This document shows positions 46,054 to 56,680 of a DNA stretch of 64,000 bases, piece by piece. The position numbers were made by a program, and so were the translations under genes. The stretch's first letter is position 1. The number at the start of each line of letters is the position of its first letter. This DNA comes from an uncultured Eubacteriales bacterium. GTDB taxonomy: Bacteria; Bacillota; Clostridia; Oscillospirales; Acutalibacteraceae. The notes beneath the pieces are model-generated. The model was not told the DNA's origin, did not search any database, and worked only from the letters and a program-made list of their open reading frames with translations. The stretch covers positions 2,776 through 66,775 of the forward strand of contig ONDB01000055.1 in NCBI GenBank assembly GCA_900316485.1, written 5' to 3'.

Positions 46054-47814
46054 TTACCTTATTAAGTGACGTTTTTCAAGTACTTTTACAATTTTATTTC
46101 CCTTTGGCATCTGCAGTATATCCTCACGCTTTATTGCTCTGAGAAGAAGCAATGAGATAATATACACTATGATTGCAACTAATACAGCAAGAATTGTTGC
46201 AATCTTCTGCACAGTGACAAGATCAAACAGCATCTCAGAAAAATATGCTGCAGCGCCGCAAATAAGTGCAGCAATAAGCGGCTTGATAAGAATTGAAACA
46301 AAGTCTGGAACAACCTTTGTCCTTCTGCACAGGATGAACATAGCAACAACAGTTACAAATCCATAGCAAACCATTGAACCTACGTTTGCACCCTGAATAT
46401 TGATCTCTGGAATGCCAACAAGAATATAATTAACAACTATCTTCATTATCATTCCGACCGCAAACAGCTTAAGAGGAACATCCATCCGTCCAACAGCCTG
46501 CAGCATACTGCAAAGAGGAGTACTTGTTGCAATAAAGATAACAGAAATACCCATAACGGTAAGCACCTTTGAGCCTATTTCTACTTCATTTGCAACACTT
46601 GATCCACTGTAAATCAGCGAAAGCAAAGGCTCAGCAAGAACAGATAGTCCGATACCGGACGGAATAGTAACAAGCACAGTGACTCTGAGAACAGTTTCCA
46701 TGCTCTGCTTCAGCTTTTCCTTATCACCGCTTGTATATGCTGCCGTTACTGACGGCAGTGCTGTTGTACCAAATACCTGAGTAACAGCTGTTACAAGCAT
46801 CATAAGTGTAAGTGCGATACCATAGCAGCCATAAAGATATATATGTGTATTTCCGCTATAAAAAACTTCATCTGGAATAAGGGATCCGTAAACATTCAGA
46901 AGTGAATCCGGATTAGTTTCCATTATATTATTGATTCTTGTCTGCACAAGAGTAGAATCAATCATATCTCCGATGCTCATGATAATTGAGCCAAGACCTA
47001 TCGGAATGGCTGTTCTTACCATTGTCTTCATAATAGTTTTGTCACTTTTGGGCGGTGGTGCATTTCTTAGATCGCTGGCTTCTATTCCGTCACCCTTTCG
47101 TTTATATCTGATAAACAAAAACAGGAAACCAAACAGCGAACCAAGAGAAATACCTGTTATAGCCGCTCCTATTGCAAGAGGAACCGCAGCAGCATTCGCT
47201 TCTGCTTCACCGTTGCATTTTATGCCCATTACAAAACCTGTAGCATAATATTGACCCATGCAAAGCTTCATCGTCACAAATGAAGCTGCAAAGCCGAGAA
47301 ACAGCTTGCAGGAAGCTTCTATTATCTCAGAAATAGCGGTAGGCGTCATATTACGCATACCCTCAAAATATCCCCTGTATATCGACATGAGACAGCCGAA
47401 AAATATAGTCGGAGACAGGCACAAAAGAGCAAAAATCGTATCCTCAGCTTTGATTACCTGCACATAGATAAAGCTGCCTATCACCATTACAATAAAGCAG
47501 AGCAGACCTGCTACTACAAACAAAGGAACAGACAGCTTGTGAATTTGCTTAACATCACGATAACGCCTTTTTGTCATGCTTTCCGATACCATTCTCGATA
47601 TTGCAATCGGAAAACCTGCTGTTGACAGCATAAACAACGGATTATACAATGCATATGCCGCATTGAAAAGACCTGTACCTACACCGCCATACATTCCGGA
47701 AAGTAAGATCTTATAGACCATGCCCATAAGACGTACAACAACCATACTTCCTCCGAGCACCATAGCACCCTTAAGAAACGATTGCCCCTTCCCTTCCTTT
47801 TTCTTTTTCTCCAC
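46054..47814 (-). CDS. MOP-superfamily flippase (SpoVB / polysaccharide biosynthesis protein)
   Basis: 586 aa, about 14 TM segments. It occupies the yabM/spoVB position upstream of mazG. GTG start. Confidence 0.75.
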   Translation of the reverse strand: MEKKKKEGKGQSFLKGAMVLGGSMVVVRLMGMVYKILLSGMYGGVGTGLFNAAYALYNPLFMLSTAGFPIAISRMVSESMTKRRYRDVKQIHKLSVPLFVVAGLLCFIVMVIGSFIYVQVIKAEDTIFALLCLSPTIFFGCLMSIYRGYFEGMRNMTPTAISEIIEASCKLFLGFAASFVTMKLCMGQYYATGFVMGIKCNGEAEANAAAVPLAIGAAITGISLGSLFGFLFLFIRYKRKGDGIEASDLRNAPPPKSDKTIMKTMVRTAIPIGLGSIIMSIGDMIDSTLVQTRINNIMETNPDSLLNVYGSLIPDEVFYSGNTHIYLYGCYGIALTLMMLVTAVTQVFGTTALPSVTAAYTSGDKEKLKQSMETVLRVTVLVTIPSGIGLSVLAEPLLSLIYSGSSVANEVEIGSKVLTVMGISVIFIATSTPLCSMLQAVGRMDVPLKLFAVGMIMKIVVNYILVGIPEINIQGANVGSMVCYGFVTVVAMFILCRRTKVVPDFVSILIKPLIAALICGAAAYFSEMLFDLVTVQKIATILAVLVAIIVYIISLLLLRAIKREDILQMPKGNKIVKVLEKRHLIR

Positions 47815-47991
47815 TCAAGCACATCCTTTCGGGAAGGAATATATTTTGCTCACAATACGATCCTCTGAAAGAAAACACAGGAACACAATGCAACTCCAAG
47901 TCTACCTACACAAACAACACAATAATAACTATCACGCTGTCAACGCCAGAAAATCTATCTGTCATTGTCTCCTTATTATTTCAACAGTGCA

Positions 47992-48432
47992 TCAGAGCAG
48001 ATCATCATCATCAAAATTATCCTCGGTAAAATCTATAACATCATCGGGCTCCATATGAGAAGCACTGTCCGCACTTGTAAGCTTTTCTCCGCAATTATTG
48101 CAGAATACTGCGCCCTTTGCATTATAAGTTCCGCAGGCAGCACACTTTGTTTTCTGCTTTGCATCTGCTATCATATCATTAACAGAATCAAGATGCTCCT
48201 TAAGCTCCCTGATCTTCTCTGACAATTCTTTCTTTGTGGAGGTATAATCCTTTCCTGTAGTCATTTCCTCGTAGGTAACTCTTCCAAGAATCTGATATTT
48301 CTGAGAAAGCTCTGATTTGAGATCTGCAGCAGCAAGCTTGAGCTTTGAGATATCAACGACCTCTCCTGCCTTTTTTCCAACAGTATCAACAACAGCTCTT
48401 GCATTGATAAGAACATCTTCAAAAATACCCAT
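47992..48432 (-). CDS. coiled-coil protein with a C-terminal zinc ribbon
   Basis: CAACG...CNNCG zinc-ribbon motif and an acidic tail; function unknown. Confidence 0.55.
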   Translation of the reverse strand: MGIFEDVLINARAVVDTVGKKAGEVVDISKLKLAAADLKSELSQKYQILGRVTYEEMTTGKDYTSTKKELSEKIRELKEHLDSVNDMIADAKQKTKCAACGTYNAKGAVFCNNCGEKLTSADSASHMEPDDVIDFTEDNFDDDDLL

Positions 48433-48584
48433 AGTAAACTCTCCTTTGACGATATTATTATCTGTCCGGAAAAACCGTACAAATCATCTTTATTTATTCG
48501 CTAATAAATTATATCACCTTCTTGGCGATACTTCAAGGACTTTAAGCCATTTTCAGGATTTTACACGAATAATTTGCATTTTCT

Positions 48585-49547
48585 TCAATATGAATAACAT
48601 CCTCCGCCTATAAATTCTCTGAGAAGAGAATTTTCCGGGACAAGAGAACTGTCTATTGTTTCAAATCTGTCAAGGGCCTCGCTTATCCTGCATGCAAAAT
48701 CATAATTCATATTTGAAGCAGATATTGATTCAAGGATCGGTATTGCCAAGCTCTTAAGAACACACGGCTCATAAATATGAATAGAATTAATTGTAAAATC
48801 ACTTGTATATCTGAAAGGGCGAATATATTTCTTTTCTCCTTCAACAACTGTATCCCACATAGAGATCATATATTCCGGATCTACTTTGCGGAAATGGTAA
48901 TCTCTTACCAGACGTCTGATGAATCTTATCTCACGATTTGTTAGTACATAATCTTCATTATTCTTTATTCCCTGTTTTACAGCAGTATAAATTTTCATTA
49001 CCTTCGCCTTTGATTGGCCGGCACTGAAAATAGGATTAAGTGCATGGATACCCTCCATTACAATTACAGAATCTTTACCCAGCTTTACAGTTCTGGTTTT
49101 ATCAGACCGGCAGCTGCGGGAAAAATCATAGACTGGTATAACACATTCGCCAGTAGTTGAAAGCTTATCTATAGATTCCTTTATCAAAGGAATATCAAGT
49201 GCTTCAACAGATTCAAAATCAGGCTTGCCGTTTGGCAGTCTTTTTACATAATCTTCACCAAGGTAAAAATTATCCATTGATATAAGCTGAACATCAATAC
49301 CATGTTTCATAAATTCATCGCACAGTTTTTTTGATGTTGTTGTTTTTCCGCTGCTTGAGGGGCCGGATAGTAATATTACATGATGATGACCCTCACTCTT
49401 TAACACCTGCTCTACTATCCATCTGAGATCATGAGTGTACAGTTCTTCTGTCAAATTCACGAGAGCTTCAGCGTTGGTTTTTGCTTCTTCATTTATCCTT
49501 CCGATATCACAGGCGTACCTCCTGTATGTATTAAGATAATTCATCAT
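48585..49547 (-). CDS. uridine-kinase-like P-loop nucleoside kinase family protein
   Basis: P-loop LSGPSSSGKTTTSKKL, MEGIHALNP, and an extra C-terminal domain. Confidence 0.65.
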   Translation of the reverse strand: MMNYLNTYRRYACDIGRINEEAKTNAEALVNLTEELYTHDLRWIVEQVLKSEGHHHVILLSGPSSSGKTTTSKKLCDEFMKHGIDVQLISMDNFYLGEDYVKRLPNGKPDFESVEALDIPLIKESIDKLSTTGECVIPVYDFSRSCRSDKTRTVKLGKDSVIVMEGIHALNPIFSAGQSKAKVMKIYTAVKQGIKNNEDYVLTNREIRFIRRLVRDYHFRKVDPEYMISMWDTVVEGEKKYIRPFRYTSDFTINSIHIYEPCVLKSLAIPILESISASNMNYDFACRISEALDRFETIDSSLVPENSLLREFIGGGCYSY

Positions 49548-51006
49548 AAAAGCTCTTCACCTGATCTTTCCGCTTAAGCATTTCTTCAAAACCGTTTATA
49601 TATTCATATGGATATTTATAATTAAATATTCTTTTCAGTGAATCGGAACAGGGTTCCTTAAGTTTCGTAACTGCTCCAGCTCCGCATCCGACAATAGTAT
49701 GGGTTTCATCCATCACAAAAACATTATATATACCGTCAAAACCGCCTTTTGACCAACCTACATTTTCAAGATTCCCCTGCATTCTTGTCTGGCGATAAAG
49801 ATAATAGGGATGATAACTGTTTTCCATAAGCCTTTTTTCGCAGTATTCAAGCATTCCTGCAGCTGCCGCTCCGCTGTCTGAGGATGTGCCGGCGCCTTCA
49901 AGAGTCAGTCTTGAAGATCGTTTCAGCGCTAGTGTATGTACTGTCACACTTTCTGGAGACAGTTCACAAATCCTGTCGAGGGTATCCCTGAAGCTTTCGA
50001 CGCTATCTGAAGGCAGTCCGGCAATAAGATCTGTATTGATATGCCTGAACCCCAGCTGTCTTGCAAGACGAAAAGAATCGTAAAACTGAGCGGTATTATG
50101 TTTTCTGCCGATTACTTCAAGTACACTGTCATTCAGTGTCTGTGGATTAATACTTATTCTGTCAACTCCGCCTTCTATTATTGCACAAAGCTTATCTTTA
50201 GTTATTGTATCTGGCCTTCCGGCTTCAATCGTGAATTCTCTGCAGGTAGTCATGTCAAAATTTTGCTTTATTATCCTGATAAGAACTGAAAGCTGATACG
50301 GATCAAGGGTTGTAGGTGTGCCGCCGCCGATATATACGGATTCAAGTCTCAGTTTTTTTTCTTTAACAATTCCGGCAGTATATTCAAGCTCCCTGCACAG
50401 TAACTCAAAATACGGTTCAACCAGATTTTTCGCTCTTTCTATAGTCTGTGAAACAAATGAACAATACGAGCATCTTGTGGGGCAGAACGGAATGGATACA
50501 TACAGACTGAAAGAATCCGGCTGGCTGAGGGATAATATCTTTTTTTCATATCCTTCTGTAATAGCACTTAATTCTGTTTTTTCTGGTGATACTTTTAATT
50601 TTTGCGTAAAATACTCCTTCGCAAAAGCTTCTCCGCCCTGTTCAGACAACCTGCGGAAAAGCTTTATCGGTCTTACACCAGTAAGAATACCCCAGGGTTG
50701 CTGTCTGCCTGTATATTCGCAAAGAAGATCATACACACAAACGGCAAGCGTTCTTTCTGCTTCCTTTTTGATATCAGCAGTATTTATTGAAATCTCGGCA
50801 CAGCCGGATCTGTCAAATCCCGCTATATTTACCCTTGCTGTAATTTGAAGCTTACCATCCCTCTCACTGATTGCTGTATAAACGTATGGTTTTTCAGGTT
50901 CCCCGCTGTCTGCCGCAATTACAGTAAGCTTTTCATCAGGATAAAATAGCCTTACAAGTTTTTCCATTTCATAGTGAAAGCTATGGCCGTCAATATATAT
51001 CCTCAT
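49531..51006 (-). CDS. HemN/HemZ-type radical SAM protein (oxygen-independent coproporphyrinogen oxidase-like)
   Basis: CPTRCSYCSF cluster motif and GGGTPT; 491 aa with a HemZ-like N-terminal extension. Confidence 0.8.
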   Translation of the reverse strand: MRIYIDGHSFHYEMEKLVRLFYPDEKLTVIAADSGEPEKPYVYTAISERDGKLQITARVNIAGFDRSGCAEISINTADIKKEAERTLAVCVYDLLCEYTGRQQPWGILTGVRPIKLFRRLSEQGGEAFAKEYFTQKLKVSPEKTELSAITEGYEKKILSLSQPDSFSLYVSIPFCPTRCSYCSFVSQTIERAKNLVEPYFELLCRELEYTAGIVKEKKLRLESVYIGGGTPTTLDPYQLSVLIRIIKQNFDMTTCREFTIEAGRPDTITKDKLCAIIEGGVDRISINPQTLNDSVLEVIGRKHNTAQFYDSFRLARQLGFRHINTDLIAGLPSDSVESFRDTLDRICELSPESVTVHTLALKRSSRLTLEGAGTSSDSGAAAAGMLEYCEKRLMENSYHPYYLYRQTRMQGNLENVGWSKGGFDGIYNVFVMDETHTIVGCGAGAVTKLKEPCSDSLKRIFNYKYPYEYINGFEEMLKRKDQVKSFYDELS

Positions 51007-51643
51007 TTATATAATTCCTCATTGCAATATTATTTTCTCTTTCATAATCAAGAGTGGTTGAACTGCCGTGTCCGCAGTATAGTTTCAGATTGCCTTCCAG
51101 TCCGGCAATTTTATGAGCAGAATTAATCATGTCCTTACTGCTACCTGTTGGAAAATCCATTCTTCCGGTAGTACGGGACATAATAGTATCTCCCGTAAAA
51201 AGAATATCCTCAAAAAGATAGCAAACTCCGCCTTTTGTATGACCAGGGGTTGCAATAACCTTTATTTTCTTATCACCAAAACTCAGCTCATCTCCGTCAG
51301 ATACTTCTGCATCAGCTTTGAAATGCTCAAAAGACATACTTCCGAAATATGCAGTCAGATTAAGGGAATCATCTGTAGTAAACGGACTGTCCCCGGCACC
51401 GATAACAATTTTTGCTTCAGGATATTTACGCTTGATGGCAGCTGTGTTGCCGATATGATCAAAATGACCGTGAGTAAGCAGAATATATTTAAGACTGGAT
51501 GAACCAAAAAGATCTATGCTTCTTTCAAGCTGTGATGAGTGTCCACCTGTGTCTACCACAAAGCAAAGCTTCTGAGTGGTGTCAAAAACAGCATAGCAGT
51601 TGGCTTCAAGTGCTCCGACAGGAAAACATTCAACCTTTATCAT
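50990..51643 (-). CDS. MBL-fold metallo-hydrolase
   Basis: THGHFDH motif; 217 aa. Confidence 0.85.
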   Translation of the reverse strand: MIKVECFPVGALEANCYAVFDTTQKLCFVVDTGGHSSQLERSIDLFGSSSLKYILLTHGHFDHIGNTAAIKRKYPEAKIVIGAGDSPFTTDDSLNLTAYFGSMSFEHFKADAEVSDGDELSFGDKKIKVIATPGHTKGGVCYLFEDILFTGDTIMSRTTGRMDFPTGSSKDMINSAHKIAGLEGNLKLYCGHGSSTTLDYERENNIAMRNYINEDIY

Positions 51644-51654
51644 ATTATTTCCCC

Positions 51655-52107
51655 CTATGCAAGTTCCTTGCTGTCAATGATTAGTGTGACCGGTCCATCA
51701 TTAAGCAGAGAAACCTTCATATCAGCTCCGAAAATGCCCTTCTCTACTTTACAGATACCATTTGAAAGCATACGGCTGCAGAAATATTCATAAAGAGGCT
51801 CTGCGTTCTCAGGACGGGCAGCAGCATCAAAGCTGGGACGTCTTCCCTTCCTGCAGTTTGCACAAAGGGTGAAATTTGAAACAACAAGAACTTCTCCGTT
51901 TATGTCTTTCAGAGAAAGATTCATCTTGTCGTTTTCATCTGTAAATACCCTGAGCCCTGAGATTTTATCACACAGTTTATCAGCCTGCTTTTCATCATCT
52001 TCCTTTTCCACTCCAAGCAGAATCAGAAAACCAGTGTTTATCTCACCAGTAATATTTCCGTCAACAGTAACTTTGCAATGGGATACACGCTGAACCACTG
52101 CCCTCAC
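51655..52107 (-). CDS. dtd: D-aminoacyl-tRNA deacylase
   Basis: MRAVVQRV start and SNFTL motif; 150 aa. Confidence 0.95.
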   Translation of the reverse strand: MRAVVQRVSHCKVTVDGNITGEINTGFLILLGVEKEDDEKQADKLCDKISGLRVFTDENDKMNLSLKDINGEVLVVSNFTLCANCRKGRRPSFDAAARPENAEPLYEYFCSRMLSNGICKVEKGIFGADMKVSLLNDGPVTLIIDSKELA

Positions 52108-52159
52108 TATTCATCATTCCTTTTAATTAAACTAATCAAATAATAATCAAATTTCCGGC

Positions 52160-54340
52160 TCAGTTCCTTCTTACAGATACAATTCCGCTTATTCCGCTGA
52201 GCTTGCTGATAACCATCTTAAGATGATTGATACCATTTACGGTAAGACTTATTTCAATAATTGCCGAACCGGTTTTTGTTTCTCTGGAATTAAGGCTGTG
52301 AATAAACAGATGCATTGCAGAAAGCTGATTTGTAATATCAGCAAGAAGTCCGGTTCTGTCGGTTGCGGTTATCTGCAGTGTAGCTTTGAATGTTTCATTT
52401 ACGATATGCTCTGTCCATTCCGCTCTGACCCAGCGCTCCGGTTCAATAGCCTTTGACAGATCAGCTGGAACATTAGAACAGTTTCTTTTATGAATAGATA
52501 CACCGTAGCCCCTTGTAATAAAGCCAATAATATCATCACCGGGAAGAGGATTGCAGCATCTTGAATATTTTACAAGACAGTCCTCCATACCTTCAATAAC
52601 AACACCGCTGCTGACCTTTTTGCGCGGTATAGGTTCTTTGACAATTACCGGAACCGGCTCTTCATCTGTATATCTCTTGAAGTATTCTTCTTTTATCCTC
52701 GGCAGAATCCTCCAGAGCTGTATTCCTCCGTATCCGATGGATGCATAGAAATCATCAATCGAATTACAGTTCTGTTTATGAATAATATCTGAAAGGAAAT
52801 CCGGCAGATCCTTTTCAGGAATATTTATGCCCAGCCGTTTAAATTCTGCTTCCAGCTGAGATTTACCCTCAATGATATTCTCGTCTCTTTTTTCACGCTT
52901 GAACCAGAGCCGTATCTTGCTTTTTGCTTCACTTGTCTTGACGATGTTGAGCCAGTCTCTTTTCGGGCCGCCGCTTTCTTTGGTGGTCATTATTTCAACT
53001 ATTTCACCTGTAGTGACCTTATAATCTATCGGTACTATTCTCTTATCAACCTTTGCACCGATCATGCGGTTTCCTACTTCACTGTGTATTGCATATGCAA
53101 CATCAATGACAGTAGCTCCCATAGGCAGACTGAGAACATCACCCTTCGGAGTAAATACAAATACTTCCTCAGGAACAAGATCCATCTTGATGGTTCTTAC
53201 AATATCCGTTGAATCATTGTCGCTCTGGTTTTCAAGCATTTTTCTGATCCATGCAAGACGGTCATCAAGTGAATTCTTCTTTGTAATACCTTCTTTATAT
53301 TTCCAATGGGCAGCAATACCGAATTCTGCAGTATAGTGCATTTCATAGGTTCTTATCTGTATTTCAAAGGGTATTCCCTCTTTGCCGATAACAGTGGTAT
53401 GAAGCGACTGATACATATTCGGCTTCGGAGTAGAAATATAATCCTTGAAACGGTTCGGCAGCGGTTTGAAAAGATCATGCACAACGCCAAGAACATTATA
53501 ACAATCTGCAACTGTTTCTACTATTACCCTGACTGCAAAGATATCATAAATCTGATCCATAGTCCTGCCCTTCATAAAGGTTTTCTTATAGATTCCGTGA
53601 ATACTCTTTACGCGTCCTTCAATATATACGTTATTTATCTCATCCTTTAGTCTGTCATAAAGCTGTTCTTTGATATCTGATACAAAATTGAGTCTGTCTT
53701 TGCTTTTAAGCTCCAGCTGCTTTTCTATCTCGCAATAACCAACAGGATCAAGATATCTGATAGAAAGATCTTCTAACTCCTCCTTTATGGCTCTGATACC
53801 AAGTCTGTGAGCAATAGGAGCATACACTTCCATAACTTCAAGCGCCTTATCACGTCTGTGCTGCTCCTTCATGCATTCTATAGTACGCATATTATGGAGT
53901 CTGTCGGCGAGCTTGATTATTATTACTCTGATGTCATTAGACATAGCTATAAGCATTTTTCTGATATTCTCAGCCTGTTGTTCTTCCCTTGAAGAATACG
54001 GTATCTTACCGAGTTTTGTAACACCGTCTATCAGGTTCGCAATTTCTGAACCGAACATTTTTGTTACTTCCTGCAATGTTATGGGAGTATCCTCAACCAC
54101 ATCATGAAGCAAAGCTGCAGCAAGACATTCACTGTCCATGCCAAGCTCGCAAAGTATACAGGCAACTGTTGTAGGATGAAGAATATAGGGTATTCCCGAT
54201 GCCCTTCTCTGATCACCGTGCATTTTTTCTGCAAGGTCATATGCTTTCTGAACAAGCTTGTAATTATAACTCTGTCCGCTGTTATGCATAAGTTCTACAA
54301 GCTCATTATAATCCTGATAGTATTTCGGTTTATCGGGCAT
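52160..54340 (-). CDS. relA: bifunctional (p)ppGpp synthetase/hydrolase (RelA/SpoT, Rel)
   Basis: HD hydrolase domain (HDVVEDT), synthetase, TGS and ACT regions; 726 aa. Confidence 0.95.
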   Translation of the reverse strand: MPDKPKYYQDYNELVELMHNSGQSYNYKLVQKAYDLAEKMHGDQRRASGIPYILHPTTVACILCELGMDSECLAAALLHDVVEDTPITLQEVTKMFGSEIANLIDGVTKLGKIPYSSREEQQAENIRKMLIAMSNDIRVIIIKLADRLHNMRTIECMKEQHRRDKALEVMEVYAPIAHRLGIRAIKEELEDLSIRYLDPVGYCEIEKQLELKSKDRLNFVSDIKEQLYDRLKDEINNVYIEGRVKSIHGIYKKTFMKGRTMDQIYDIFAVRVIVETVADCYNVLGVVHDLFKPLPNRFKDYISTPKPNMYQSLHTTVIGKEGIPFEIQIRTYEMHYTAEFGIAAHWKYKEGITKKNSLDDRLAWIRKMLENQSDNDSTDIVRTIKMDLVPEEVFVFTPKGDVLSLPMGATVIDVAYAIHSEVGNRMIGAKVDKRIVPIDYKVTTGEIVEIMTTKESGGPKRDWLNIVKTSEAKSKIRLWFKREKRDENIIEGKSQLEAEFKRLGINIPEKDLPDFLSDIIHKQNCNSIDDFYASIGYGGIQLWRILPRIKEEYFKRYTDEEPVPVIVKEPIPRKKVSSGVVIEGMEDCLVKYSRCCNPLPGDDIIGFITRGYGVSIHKRNCSNVPADLSKAIEPERWVRAEWTEHIVNETFKATLQITATDRTGLLADITNQLSAMHLFIHSLNSRETKTGSAIIEISLTVNGINHLKMVISKLSGISGIVSVRRN

Positions 54341-56360
54341 TTTTTATCTCCTCCTCCAGCTTTCTGTACACTGCTGAACTGCTTAGCTCAGTCTTTCCTT
54401 TAACCTCACACATTCTCACATATATTATATCCGAATTTCTCGAATATTCTATAAAATGCAGATCCTGCATTATATCAAGAATGATCATGAGCCTGAATAC
54501 TCCGATATTATTCAGTTTATATGACATCGCATCTATAGTATATTTGTACTTTTTTGTTGTTTTAAGATATCTGTAAACTGCTGCAAATTCTTCCCTTACC
54601 GGGAACTGTGAATGCTTTTCCTTCCGGAAAATCCCCTTTTTATACAGTTCATAATCCTGCAGACCATACATAGCAGAATCATAATCAAATCCGCTGAGTC
54701 TGATATCCTTTACTGTAAAAGACAAGCTCTCTTTTCCCATATATACATTCTTTTCAATATTGACAGCAATATCTAAAATATCTCCTTCGCAATATGAAAA
54801 ATCTTCCAGAGTAACTGAAAAGCACATTACATTCAGTCTTGCTTTTCCTCTTGATACTGAAAGCTTCAGATGCTTACCGCCGCCTACAGAGTTAATTCTG
54901 TCAAGCTTCATTCCTGTCAATCCGAAAACAGGCTTGGGATTTGAACAGCCGAAAGGCTCAAAGTTTCTAAGCTGTTCTACCATATCAAGAACAATTGTCT
55001 CAGGATTAAGCTTACAGTCCAGATTCAGAGTATAAAGTGGCATATACTCAAGTTTTTCAGCATAAGAATTAACTCTTTCAATAAATTTATCTATATTATT
55101 TTTCCTGATGCTGAACCCTACAGCCATGGGATGACCGCCATATTTTTCAAAAAGATCTGAACAGTCAAATATTGCATCCACAAGTGAAAAACCAGAAACA
55201 CTTCTTCCCGATGCCTTACAGATATCATCATCAACGGAAATGATAATAGATGGCTTTCCGAATCTCTCGGTTATCCTGGAGGAAACAATTCCTATTACTC
55301 CTGCATTCCAGTTTTCCGAATACAATACTATTACTCTGTTTTCAGTTATTGATGGGTCAGCATTGATCATAGTTTCAATATCGCTGACAATTTTTCCTTC
55401 AATGCTTTGCCGCTGTGCATTCAGCTCACACAGAAGATCTGCCTTTTCCGAGGCAATTTCAGGATCCTCAGTAAGAAACAGTTCAAGTGCATCATATGGA
55501 GAACCAAGCCTTCCGGCTGCATTAACTCTGGGGCCCAGCTTAAATCCAAGAGCACCAGATGTAATATCCTTTGTCCCCGATCTTTCAATTAGTGTAGAAA
55601 GACCTGTTCTTTCTGTATTGCCAAGTGCAAACAATCCGGATTTAACTATATTTCTGTTTTCACCTGTGAGCGGTACGATATCTGCTACTGTTCCGATTGC
55701 TGCGAATTCTGCATAGTTTTCTATAACCGAATAATTCTGTTCATCAAGTGCATATACAAGCTTAAGTGCAAGTCCGGCACCTGAATAATCAATATAACTG
55801 TAAGTTTCGTCTACTCTGTGCGGATTTACCACAGCCGCAGCCTCAGGGAGAATATCCAGCGGCTTATGGTGATCGGTAACTACAACGTCCATTCCCAGCT
55901 CATTGGCAAGGCTTATTTCATCAATAGCTGATATTCCGTTATCTACCGTTATTATCAGATTTACTCCCTGCTGGCTGAGCTTTCTTACAGCATCGGTATT
56001 CATGCCGTAGCCTTCCTCGTTCCTGTCTGGAATATAATACATTACATCCGCAAAACACGATTCAAGAAATGAGTACATTATTGCAGTAGCTGTAACGCCG
56101 TCACAATCGTAATCCCCATATATACAAATCTTTTCATTTTCATCAATTGCTTTTCTGATGCGTGAAACAGCCTTATCCATATCCTTGATAAGCAAGGGAT
56201 CATCAAGTTCACCGCTGTTTGAGAAAAATGCCTCTATCTCATCTTGCTGTGTTATTCCCCTTATGGTTAGCAGCATTGCTGTAAATACAGGTATTCCATA
56301 GTTATTATTGAGTTTTCGCACCATATCCTTATCAAGCTCAGATACAGACCATTTTTTCAT
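54330..56360 (-). CDS. recJ: single-stranded-DNA-specific exonuclease RecJ
   Basis: DHH motifs (YGDYDCDGVT, VTDHH) and a DHHA1 region; 676 aa. Confidence 0.95.
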   Translation of the reverse strand: MKKWSVSELDKDMVRKLNNNYGIPVFTAMLLTIRGITQQDEIEAFFSNSGELDDPLLIKDMDKAVSRIRKAIDENEKICIYGDYDCDGVTATAIMYSFLESCFADVMYYIPDRNEEGYGMNTDAVRKLSQQGVNLIITVDNGISAIDEISLANELGMDVVVTDHHKPLDILPEAAAVVNPHRVDETYSYIDYSGAGLALKLVYALDEQNYSVIENYAEFAAIGTVADIVPLTGENRNIVKSGLFALGNTERTGLSTLIERSGTKDITSGALGFKLGPRVNAAGRLGSPYDALELFLTEDPEIASEKADLLCELNAQRQSIEGKIVSDIETMINADPSITENRVIVLYSENWNAGVIGIVSSRITERFGKPSIIISVDDDICKASGRSVSGFSLVDAIFDCSDLFEKYGGHPMAVGFSIRKNNIDKFIERVNSYAEKLEYMPLYTLNLDCKLNPETIVLDMVEQLRNFEPFGCSNPKPVFGLTGMKLDRINSVGGGKHLKLSVSRGKARLNVMCFSVTLEDFSYCEGDILDIAVNIEKNVYMGKESLSFTVKDIRLSGFDYDSAMYGLQDYELYKKGIFRKEKHSQFPVREEFAAVYRYLKTTKKYKYTIDAMSYKLNNIGVFRLMIILDIMQDLHFIEYSRNSDIIYVRMCEVKGKTELSSSAVYRKLEEEIKNAR

Positions 56361-56419
56361 TCGTACACCATCCTATAAGCACCGGAGGTCTTTAATTTAG
56401 TCAGACATTATAATATTAT

Positions 56420-56448
56420 ATAATACCATTTTTCACGTTATAATTCAA
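56420..56448 (-). promoter_or_regulatory. sigma-A-type promoter candidate for recJ
   Basis: Minus strand TTGAAT (56443-56448), a 17-nt spacer ending in TGG, then TATTAT (56420-56425). Confidence 0.45.
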
Positions 56449-56543
56449 TATATATTTATTCACTTTTTTAATCTGTATATCTATATCTATAGTGAAGTAT
56501 TTCTTACTGGACAGGTATGCTCATTCCAGCGTACAATAGAATT

Positions 56544-56588
56544 AAAAAAAACAAAAGTCGATGAACTTAATTATCCATCGACTTTTTG
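56544..56588 (-). terminator. intrinsic terminator after the P-type ATPase gene
   Basis: Minus strand reads aaagtcgatg-gataattaagtt-catcgacttt followed by tgtttttttt. Confidence 0.8.
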
Positions 56589-56680
56589 CAATATTATCAG
56601 ATATAGTGTATAATCTTTTGTTACAGACCCTTACCTATTTTTTCAATTATTGACTTGTCATTTCATCGGAGTCCTTCTGT

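Noticed and set aside
47906-47965. 19-aa hydrophobic sORF (MTDRFSGVDSVIVIIVLFV) after the zinc-ribbon gene
   Set aside because: AAGGAG is only 3 nt from the ATG, which is poor spacing, and I can see no supporting structure or conservation. Kept only as a note.
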